64,000 nt of DNA from Bugula neritina (Eukaryota > Animalia > Bryozoa), in the NCBI GenBank assembly GCA_964035545.1, contig OZ037767.1, positions 26,738,628 through 26,802,627 on the forward strand. The letters are read 5' to 3'. The notes beneath the pieces were generated by a model. That model had not been told where the DNA came from. It did no database searches and worked only from the letters and a program-made list of their open reading frames with translations. Position 1 is the stretch's first letter; the number at the start of each line of letters is the position of its first letter. Below, one piece after another: positions 54,301 to 64,000 of this stretch. Both the position numbers and the translations under genes were made by a program.

Positions 54301-57300
54301 CAAATATATTGACTTTCCTTTATTAACTAAAGGCCAGAATTGGAAGAATAAAATCAATAAGTCATATACTAGATCAAGTATAGTAAGGACTAGCATTTGT
54401 ACTGGGACACTAACTACTATTGTAAATTAAACCCATCAGGTAATGTACCAGCACTGCAACATTTACCATATTTCTAGTAGTAGGTATAGTAGCAGAGGAA
54501 AGCTTAATAAACTTGTCATATAACATGAAAGGTCAAAACAGGTTAATAAATTTGGAAGATAAATGTTAAAATAATTTGGAAGTAAAAAAAAGGTTAAAGA
54601 AGAGCATAAATTATGGCAACTATTTGAGACAGGTGAAGGGAAGTTAAAGTTGAGGTTTTAGCTTCAATCAAAAATTTTAGGTAATATATTATATTATATT
54701 GACTATATTATCACTAAAAAGTTAGGCTTGTCTAAAAGGCAATTAAGAGCAGATGTTAGATAAGATATGTTCTCATAGGATATAAAATATATGATGCATG
54801 ACATCATATGTGAATGCCAGCTTTCACTTTCAACTTATAAGTCATTTGTTCAAATTAATTTCAGAGCAGTGAAATGATAGCCACAGTGGTTAGTATATAT
54901 GCAAGCTACATCAGAGTTTCGTGTGAATATCCTGCGGTTATACCAGTATCTGAAACCAAACTTTACACTTAAAGTTGTGGTAATATTACACACTGTACAT
55001 ACTCCAGTGTGGCTCAGGTCAAGCTGAGTTGATTGCATCTCATGCGTTGCCATGCATCATATAATATTATTATTAAAGCAAGTTTAAAGGCAGTTAATAA
55101 TATACTGAGTAGTGTTCGGAACATATAGCTGTTACAACAGAATAAACCATACCCTGTGGATGTGTCTTGTCAATAAAATTATCAAGATGGAAGGAGCAGT
55201 TATTTGAAGCGAGGTACTGGTAGAAACGCTATAGTAAAGAGACAGAAAGATAAGTTGTTAATTAATCTAATAATACGGCTAGTAACAACCACCACCCCAA
55301 TGTATTATTATATTTCACGTGTAACTACCAGGCTAGCCAGCCAGTGCACCCAGAGCTCACACACAGCCACATACTTCCGACAAGTCACCAGATAGAATCG
55401 GTTACTGAATGAAATTACTCACACAACCGTTATGCACGTGTGATAGTTCAAAGAATTTTGTATCAGCATTTACTAAACTAGAGCTCTGGATGACTTTGTC
55501 ACTAGTTTAGAGATGTGGATATGAGAGATCAGATAGGTTTGAGGGGGTTAAAAGAGAGGTAACTCTCATCACTGTTAAAACCGAGCAGCTTGAGCAATGA
55601 GCAGGTAGAATCGACAGACAGTCTTATCACACTGATAATAGTTACCCTGGGGACTGGATTTATCCACAAAGTTATCCAAATTGTAGCAAACAGTATTTGA
55701 AGCCATGTACTGTTGATATCTCTGAAATACCATATCTCATACAATATAACAATTACGGCACACAACATATCATATCTCAACTATTTCATCAATAAGATAA
55801 CAATTCAATTATATGATATATTAATATAATTTTTGTATAGGTCACAGCTACAGAGCAACTTTTAGACTTTGCAAATTGATAAATATACAAATGGTTGCCC
55901 AGAATTTAATTTTTGGAAAATGATCCTAAATCTCTCCCCAACACCAACACCTGTACAACAGATTTCCCTAATTAAATCCAACATTTACGCTATAAGATCA
56001 AGCAAGTTAATGAGAAAATTGGAATCTATACTAGAATTCTCTGAATGAATTACTAGGTTGAAAAAGATTCCCGAAATTTGCTTGCAGAACTATCAAGTTA
56101 AGCAAATTTAACACAGATAATAAATACAGGTAATAAACACAACGTCACCTCATTGCCATAGTTCATAATATTATGCACAGTTATAAGAGATTTGAATACG
56201 ACGACCCAGTTTGTACTTTGAGTTCTCTGTATAAGAAGGTCTGCTAGTTGGGGCACCGACACATTCGCCTCGTGTGTACATTGCAGCAGATCTAAAAGAA
56301 CATGGAAGATTCAAATAGACTCAACCTGCTAGAAGTTATTACTAGTAGCCTATAGAAATCATAGCTATGTATAAATACAGAGTATATCAACTCAAATGTT
56401 TTGAAGACTAAAATTTATTGCGGTATAAAATTATTTATACAATAAAAAGATTCTATTATGTTTTGAGCACCTTCAAATGCTGACAATATTATCCTAATAC
56501 AATATGCTATTAGATGCAATAAACATGTGTGTATATTACATATATTCCAAGCATTAATAAAAATAGCAAATAAATAATGGAGTAGATATAACATATCATT
56601 TAGCCAGAATAGTCAGCTATTTGTAGTCACAATTTATACCCATTTTTCTATGAAAAAATATAATAATATGAGGTGAAGCCAGCTACTTGAATAAGAAAAC
56701 AGTCATGTCTTGAATGCTGAATTTATATTGAATAAAAAAGTTTTACAAATATTGACCGATGCCAAAAATTTAGCTGTGTTTGAATATGAACTTTCTGTTG
56801 GAGAAAATGAGGTAAATATTCACAACTGAGTAGATGATTATGTATTAATAAAACTGTTTTACAGCAAGAAAAGAAAAGTTAAATGCAGTTTATAATCTAA
56901 TTTAGAGTTCGACACATGTATTTCATTTTGATGCATTGCTTTTTTTAAACCCAACACATTACTCGAAATCCCCTCAATTCAAAAACTGAAATTACACATT
57001 TTTAAAGTCTTACTTATTTATTATTTAAAAAAGTATCCACTCCAACATGAAAAATTATCTAGTCAGCCATTTGCATACTGTGGGAAATGCTTATAGGCTT
57101 ATAAAGGCAATAAAGTAAGATATTGACAAAGGGGGCCAATATAATGAAGAAATTATTGTTATTCTAAGGATTGTAGTTAAAAGTTTTTACTCAGTTCCCG
57201 GGACTGAAAGGCAGTGTAAGAGTGGAACGCAGCGTAACGCTAATCAATAAGCATTATAAATGGTAGATATTGATCATTTCAATAGCCGTGCAAGACGTGC

Positions 57301-59660
57301 ACATAATCATATAATGTTTTAAGCTTATACTTAGGATCAGAGAATATTGACTAACAATGTGTAGCAGATGATTAATTATACTACACGAAGAAAGCTATGT
57401 GTACTAGAGAATCACTATAATTAAGTTCATAGTAGGTTTACAGCAAGACAAAAGTTACTTTTAGTTGCAAATGGTAGTAAGCATTGTTTAATAAGATCTA
57501 TTGATACTTGATAACCTGTTAGAACAAATGCCATGGGCGATTTCATATTTTAAATCAGCCTATTAAATTTGGGTAAATCTTTAGCCTGAACTGCTAAGAG
57601 GCATTGCTGATTAACAGAAAATTGAACATTACTTAAAAACAAAGTATAACCAACAACAACTTCTTGACTTTAATTGCAGGTACAGCTGTGCCAGTAGAAC
57701 TACCTGTGACCAACACTGCTACAGAATGCAAGAATTTAAAACAAACTTGCAAAAAAATATTGCCAACTTGTATTGTCACAACTAGCTTTAAATAACATTT
57801 TGTTTTTGATGCAAACTACTTAAAGCGACCTGAATGAGTAACAGTCCAGCTTAAATCTTATAGCCATCTACCAGAGATGACTTGCTTTAAAAACCTTATG
57901 GCTTTCTTTGCACAATTGAATTGCAGCAAAGCATGTTGAAAAATTTTAAAACCTACAACCTACTAGGGGTTCACGTAGATATTTTACTTTAAAAAATAAG
58001 GTAGTACAAAAACCTTAAATTTGGGAGCAAAACACATTAAAATATAGTCAACAATATTAGTGTCAGAATGCTGTATTACTTGCTATGTTAGTATGATATT
58101 AGTACCATGGCTATTAGATAGATACTCTAAAAACACATCTTCTAACATTACTTAATGAGCTAAAATATCAACTTCAATGAATTTTTAGGTTAACCTTTAC
58201 ATTTAAAAGTGTTCCAAAAAGTAAATCAATTACAGTTAGCTGATTAAGTCATTTTATGCTTCTTATGAATGAAGTGAGTTTACTAAATATCTATAAACTC
58301 CAATAGCAACACAGAAGCTAGCAGTAAAAATATAATGTCATATTCTCTAAACTACAGAAAATGTTCATCTGTAACTAAGTCTGTTTAAAAGATCAACTGA
58401 AACATAAATGCTTGCATTTCGTGATAATATAAGCACATGATTAGTAGATGAGTCAAAACTAGAAACTTTAGTTGGCATACGAAAATAAAATAGCTGTTAA
58501 TTTAAGTTAAATAAAGACCAGTATGACTTTCATTATCACCCATTATTACAAGAGTTTAATAGTAAATACTAATTTAAACTGTACTATATATAAGTAATTT
58601 AATTTTGGAGCAGCTGTGGTCTAGGGGTTCGAGCCTGGACAAAGGCCATTGGTGATGTTAAGAAGAGCTCCTGTGCCTCATTTAAATAAGTCCTTAGCCT
58701 ACTTTAACAAAAACCCTTTCCACCAGGGGTTTCTCAAAGGGATAGCGACTATAAAGTTCCGTGAGTTTTTTTTATATATAAGTAATTTAATTGACTGAAA
58801 ACATTAATTAGCAACATTTTTTTATCTAAGTACTAAATTATTATGCTTGAATAGATCTATCTTCCTAATTTTATTTCTTTAGAACTATATATTACATTAA
58901 TATTAGGTAACATAATCAAGATATTCTGCAACATCAAAATAAATATTTATATTCATTTTGTTATATGTTAAACTTAATGTCATATTTAAGTGAGATTCGA
59001 CCTTGCAGTTGTAGTAGCAATTAGGAACAAGCTCATTTTTATTATGATTTTCTATTGATGAACATGACCACTAAAATATCACTATGACTAAGAAATTGAA
59101 CACCATCACTTATCACTATGAGTGATTCTGACTCACAATGACAATGCCACTCAATAACTTCAAGAGTGATACTTACACACAGACTAAAAGTATAACTGTA
59201 AGTGTAAGCATGACCCACACCAGTAATTACTTACTCTAACCCAAATTAGTACTACTAGTATTACTACTAGGGCTAGTAGTAGCACTACTAGTATTACTAT
59301 TGATATTAATATTAAAATTATTATAATTTTATTATATTTATAAATAATAATAATTAAAAATATTATAAATGACAGACACAGACAAAAAGATAGCTGATAC
59401 TAGAAGTATTACTATTAGTAAATAAGCATAGGCATAAATTTAACTTTCAGAATAAGTTTAACTAAGTCTAACTCTACCTCTAAGAGTAACAATAAGTTTT
59501 AGTTTAACTTCAAGTTTTAGTTTAACTCACAATCTAAATGCTTTCTTTTGGGTCCTGTTACTTCTTCAGTGGTTGCTTTGCAGACCGCTTTAGCCAGTCC
59601 CTGACCTGCTAAGCTGTGTTTGGCTGCATTTAATCTATCTACTACACTCTGTCCCGACAT
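42399..59660 (-). CDS. PICALM: Phosphatidylinositol-binding clathrin assembly protein (PICALM/AP180/LAP/UNC-11), up to ~1000 aa
   Basis: Exons 59660-59531, 56291-56149, [55721-55646 or 55228-55153], 54122-53980, 53394-53338, 52963-52852, 52478-52372, 51276-51235, 50018-49948, 49557-49458, 49260-49219, 49002-48744, 48425-48324, 47502-47380, 47275-46784, 46246-46187, 46096-46049, 45880-45512, 44116-43975, 43652-43538, 43161-43033, 42536-42399, total 3000 nt in frame. ANTH motifs: [49 protein letters not shown]. Also DLL, NPF and DPF motifs, DLDTSLASL and EKKLTGG. Central exons are probably alternative and less certain. Confidence 0.95.
44130..44490. repeat. ~35-40-bp minisatellite next to the PICALM acceptor at 44117
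   Basis: Core tttatatacacattacagctcatatata, ~10 copies. Confidence 0.9.
48025..48277. repeat. 19-21-bp minisatellite
   Basis: Unit actgcagatggtgtgacacat. Confidence 0.92.
48440..48645. repeat. ~15-bp degenerate tandem repeat
   Basis: tatatgtatgtctat units. Confidence 0.85.
49219..49260 (-). CDS. PICALM: PICALM 42-nt phase 0-0 exon encoding [14 protein letters not shown]
   Basis: tattag|agc...agg|gtaatg. The exon is symmetric and in frame. Confidence 0.7.
50505..50855. repeat. ~19-bp minisatellite
   Basis: Unit tagcagtgagagtactagg. Confidence 0.88.
51064..51087 (-). CDS. PICALM: Candidate 24-nt PICALM microexon (MIQVNSTG)
   Basis: ctttctcctttatctgctgtag|atgatacaagttaactccactggt|gtgagt, lying in a phase 0 intron. 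Confidence 0.55.
51781..52322. repeat. 16-bp minisatellite, >30 copies
   Basis: Unit aagagtgagtagtact. Confidence 0.95.
52996..53115. repeat. 25-bp tandem repeat, ~4.5 copies
   Basis: Unit acatacatatatacataatagaact. Confidence 0.88.
53793..53895. repeat. 14-bp tandem repeat, ~7 copies
   Basis: Unit gagaccaccacaca. Confidence 0.9.
55153..55228 (-). CDS. PICALM: PICALM exon 3b (mutually exclusive), [25 protein letters not shown](G)
   Basis: 76 nt, tatag|cgt...cagg|gtatgg, phase 0 to 1. Confidence 0.9.
55646..55721 (-). CDS. PICALM: PICALM exon 3a (mutually exclusive), [25 protein letters not shown](G)
   Basis: 76 nt, ttcag|aga...cagg|gtaact, phase 0 to 1. Confidence 0.9.
58585..58792 (+). 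mobile_element. Short tRNA-derived SINE (58605-58772) with 20-bp target-site duplication
   Basis: TSD tatatataagtaatttaatt at 58585-58604 and 58773-58792. A-box-like tggtctagggg runs straight into B-box ggttcgagcc. Oligo-T at the 3' end. Confidence 0.8.
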
Positions 59661-59699
59661 TTTGTGGTTTGTCGGTGGAAAAAATCCTACACAGAGGCC

Positions 59700-60010
59700 T
59701 AGGGTCAGGGTGTGGGGGTTTCCTAGTTGATTTACTAAGTTAATCTTTTTATTTCTATTAGACAGGAAAACAAGGCCGGTTATCACAATATTATACCTTT
59801 AGCATTGACGTACAATTATTTGTTAAATAATGAACTGCTATGTTAAATTGATGTCTATTGCCATAACCAATGTATGTTTCAATAAGTTGCAGTTATCACG
59901 TGATTTGACTAATTTCTTGGGTTGATAGTAGAACGGTCTACCACAACCGACGTAAACAGCGTCTTTAGGCGTATGTAGATTAACATAAGTCGACAACTCC
60001 CAATCAATAT
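59700..60010. promoter_or_regulatory. Probable bidirectional promoter region for PICALM and MDN1
   Basis: Lies between the divergent genes and is locally CpG-richer. Contains TCACGTGA (59896-59903) and TGACGT/GACGTA half-sites. Confidence 0.4.
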
Positions 60011-61000
60011 ATACAAATCATTCTCTAATGTCAAACACAGTATGTGCATTTATTATTTCGTTTCATCTAAAATAGAAACTACTTGATATTACCACAATAT
60101 TATATAAGCTGCTGCTGATCCTGTTTCTATATAAGTTTTAAAAGCTATTAATTACTATTTTTATATGCCTTTTAAAGGTCGAAGATGCTCCAAGGGCTTG
60201 AGTAAAAATACATGGTGTTGATTTTATCATCATTTAAATGTGCTTTCTATATTCATTTAGGCAGATGTATAGTTAGGCTAGCACTATAGTGCTAATCGAG
60301 TTACTAAAGCACACCATATGTCATGGGTACATCAAGTTGCATATAGGACACATATTATTGTCCTATATCACTATTCAAAAGTTGTAAATGATAATAATGA
60401 ATTACAATCATATAATATTGAGTATTTTTATGTTATTATTATTGTGCTAATTCTAGGACATATGTGCATTAAAAAAATGTGGGATATACAATTGTAAAGT
60501 TATAGTTACAACTTATATATATATTTGATGTATACTCGCATGCTGAAAAATTACAAAAACATCTTACAAAACAAAAATGCTATACTCTTTCATTTTCTGT
60601 AAGCAGTTTGCATTTCAAAAAATATTATTTCTATTTGCAGCAATATTTGTCTGTTGAAAATAATTTTTTAAAATGCTTACAATACAACAATATTTAAATG
60701 TTGATTATACCTGCATATTATAAATAAGTTTGTGTGTATATTTATAAATTTATGTACTTAATAAAATTTGCTCCCAATGGTATGTAAAGCAATTTGCAAG
60801 CAAGTGCATGTATTTGCATTCATAGGTATCTATAATTACAAAATTTGCATGTATGTTGTGTTCTTTACTAACAAAACTGATAAGGGAATGCTAGCTCTCA
60901 AAAAGCTCAACAACAAATCATTAGTGTTTGATAATTTAAATTGAAAACTTGTAAATATGTTTGCATCAAAAATGAAAAAGACAAGTAAAATGGTAGATCG

Positions 61001-61160
<160 letters not shown>

Positions 61161-62176
61161 GACATTGCGCTTTATTTCTATTAATAAGTCAGAGTTGCCT
61201 TCTTTATACATAATCTCTTGAACTTAAATATTAGCCTTGTTCTTTCAAAACACCTTGAGCCATTTTACCTATGTTAAGTGACGCCAACCGCATTACAAAA
61301 TAACGGTACTCTCTGCCAAGCCGACAATTTACCAAGGTCTTTCCACATGTGTGTAATAACATAATACATTACAATACCAATGTGAATCAGAATGTGTTAA
61401 TGTTAATTATAATTAATTTATTTATTTATCATAATCATAATAGTAATCATTAGTCGTATGTAATTGTGCAATTATCTTATTAAAATAGAAATGTTTTAGC
61501 TAATGATTTAAAATTGAACAAATTTTTTACTACAGCTAAACTTAAAGTAAAAGTTAAACTACAAGTAAATCTTGTTGAACTTGAACTTCAAGTTCAAGTT
61601 GAAATTGATGTTCATCATCGTCATGATCTGAAAGTAGAAGTTCCAAGTTAAACTAAAACCAAAATCAAGGCCTAACAATAACCGTAACAGTCACTGCTAC
61701 TGTCAGTTTTAGACCTTGATTTTTGTTTTAGTGTTACTTTAACTTAATTTTAGTTTTACTCTAATGTAATTTTAGTTTTGCTTTTAGTTTCCAAGTTGAA
61801 GTTGAAGTTAAAGTTTTACTCGAACTCGTGCTCATAGTCATACTGACAGTATCAGTATGTTGTAATTTGTCATTACGGTTATTATTGTATTTTATTAACT
61901 GAGACTAAAGAATAATATTAAAATAGTTGTTAAAAATAAATCATTAAATGCAGTTGATATTCATGTTGTACTAAAACTAATTAATAGATTTCACAAGCGC
62001 CTCCTTTTTATAATTATACTTTCATTATAAATTCATGGGGTTCTGCAGTTACTCAAAGTCATTGGCTCTGTATCTAACTGTGACTTTGATTTGTTGAAGC
62101 TATATTATATTATTTACAGAAGCATCTGCAGCTACAGTGAATGATATTTTCAATCACTTCAGGGATAGATTTTTGA

Positions 62177-63710
62177 ATGGCAGTAGAATTTTGCTTCTGT
62201 TTGGACAACTGTATACAATTTCTTAATCAGCTCAGTACTTCCGAAAGTGACTCTTCTACCCTGCACAATGTTTTTGTGAAAAGCAAAGCCAAAGATGGCA
62301 AGGAACGGCAAAATTTGGTAAGTTTAAATTGATTTCATCTGGATTTTCACTAAGCTCAAATTTAAATGAAATGGTAGCTTGCTATGTCATACAGTAAGAA
62401 ATTGATATGTAGTATTCCTAATTTGTTTGCATGTATTCTGTTATTGTTTCTGAATATTTCTGTACTCAAATTAAATAAATTTTGAGTTTAGATGTTTCAG
62501 AAATATTTAGTATTCAATTTAAAAATGCTGTTAATTTGTTAACCAGTTATGATTAATATTCTTACTAAATCTATTAATCCATCATTGAAGGTTGTTATCT
62601 AGTCTATATAGAAAAGGAAATTTGCATAACCCTATTTATGCAATAATTAGTTTAAACTAAAATCATCAATTACTTTATATACTTATATTTACATTATAAA
62701 TAGTGGCATGAGGCACAACCTATTTTAAAGTTATATGTATTAGTGTTATAAAAAATAGTATTCTATCCTAAACCAAATGATAGATGGATGTTTGATTTTA
62801 TTGGCTTCTCAAAAGCTAGCTATTGTTACTTTCCATTCACTATAATGACTAGTTTGTTTGTTCTACCATACATATAAGCTAGACCAGCTCTGCACACGAA
62901 GTGTTAGGTATCATTATTGCATTAGTTATGTGTGAAATGCTGTTTAAGCAGGGTAATCTTAACTGCTCTGGCAGCACTTAACTGCTCTGGCAGCACTACA
63001 GAATGGAATTGATATGAATACAAACACGTTCAGATTAAACTATTATTAAAGTATATACTATTTCTAATAGATTCTTAAGTTTCTAGTAATAAATTATCTT
63101 GTTTGCTTATGTGCGAGTTGTATTAAAATTAAGAACTTTACACACTATAGAGAAAATGGAGTGCCAGTGACCGAAAGGCTGTGCTGCAGGAACTCTCCAA
63201 GTTCATTCTAAAGCCAAGATATACCTTGGAGTTATCTGCCCGATGCACACCATTGCTGCTACAACTACTTCATGGGTTTGTTAAATTATTTTATTTATAG
63301 TCCATGTTATAATGTTAGGGTCTAATTCAGTGGCACTTCAAACAAAGTTATTGTTATTCTTGATGTGAATTGTTTTTGTTGTAAAGTTAACCTGTTAGTA
63401 GCAGTGGGGCTTCTTGGTTCAAGATTTAAAGTGGTGGAAGATTGAACTGAGTTTATAAGAAGATTGTGTTTTCAACTCCAATTGTGGAAATGGTTTTTGA
63501 AGTAGATTTTGTGATTTATGTTGCAGAGCTGCAGACGTTGTGAGGGGAAGTTTTGAATTGCACCAACAATTTTGTGTAGCATTAGCAAAGATAGTGTTTG
63601 TCTACCCCCAATGTATCTCCTTTGCAATTCAATACCTGAGTTCTTACACGCCATTTGGAGGGAATGAGTCAAACACATATGAACCTCCTCATAAGAAACC
63701 TTGTAAAAAG
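62177..63710 (+). CDS. MDN1: Midasin (Rea1 AAA ATPase) N-terminal exons; gene continues beyond the window
   Basis: Exons 62177-62317, 63151-63275, 63527-63710, with consistent phases 0, 2, 0. KWSASDRKAVLQELSKFIL..CTPLLLQLL..ELHQQFCVALAKIVFVYPQCISFAIQYL resembles the human MDN1 N-terminus as I recall it (VWTPQDRQCVLSTLAQLLL..LRPLLLDLL..DLHERLCVSMSKLIGNHPDVLPFALRYF). Confidence 0.82.
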
Positions 63711-64000
63711 GTAAGCTCTTGCTATTGAATTATGGTTTCTTTCATAGGAAGTGCCTTATCTTCATGCTGACAGAAAAGTTGAGGGATCAATCCTATTAGA
63801 CTAATTTTTTACACATCTAATCTAGTTTTGTTTATTCAAATAATAGTCTGATACTTTACCAATAAAGTCTTCAGTTAATCTGTCAACTAATGAAGTGTCT
63901 ACCAATTGAATAAGATCAAAAATGTAATTAAAAAACCTTAACCTTTTTTTATAACTTTTTTGCAACGCATCTGCCGGTAAATGATATAACTGCAAGTGCT

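Noticed and set aside
58605-58650. Possible tRNA gene
   Set aside because: No cloverleaf or anticodon arm. It is flanked by a TSD, so I treated it as a SINE.

Overview
AT-rich, intron-rich animal genomic DNA, most likely a lophotrochozoan invertebrate (inference from the light-type cryptochrome). I assembled six protein-coding genes by hand using GT-AG sites and intron-phase checks. (1) A 3-exon, 135-aa secreted protein with 12 mature cysteines (+, 6976-10051). (2) A 6-exon, 440-aa uncharacterised protein (+, 18659-21813). (3) A 12-exon type-1 (Drosophila-type/L-CRY) cryptochrome (-, 23818-30904). (4) SF3A3, 13 exons and 501 aa (+, 34618-41484). (5) PICALM/AP180 (-, 42399-59660). (6) The first three coding exons of midasin MDN1 (+, from 62177). 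CRY/SF3A3 and PICALM/MDN1 are head-to-head pairs. The most notable structures are: a duplicated, mutually exclusive exon 3 in the PICALM ANTH domain, with a perfect 13-nt intronic complement that fits a docking/selector RNA-pairing switch; an inverted pair of minimal hammerhead-ribozyme motifs at about 11.2-11.5 kb; a polybasic NLS-like cassette exon and a 24-nt microexon in PICALM; a D-box-like tandem array upstream of cryptochrome; and a short tRNA-derived SINE with a 20-bp TSD. Many long ORFs in the supplied track are artefacts of intronic minisatellites. There is no CRISPR array, rRNA or intact tRNA. Family assignments rest on recalled motifs; no search was run.
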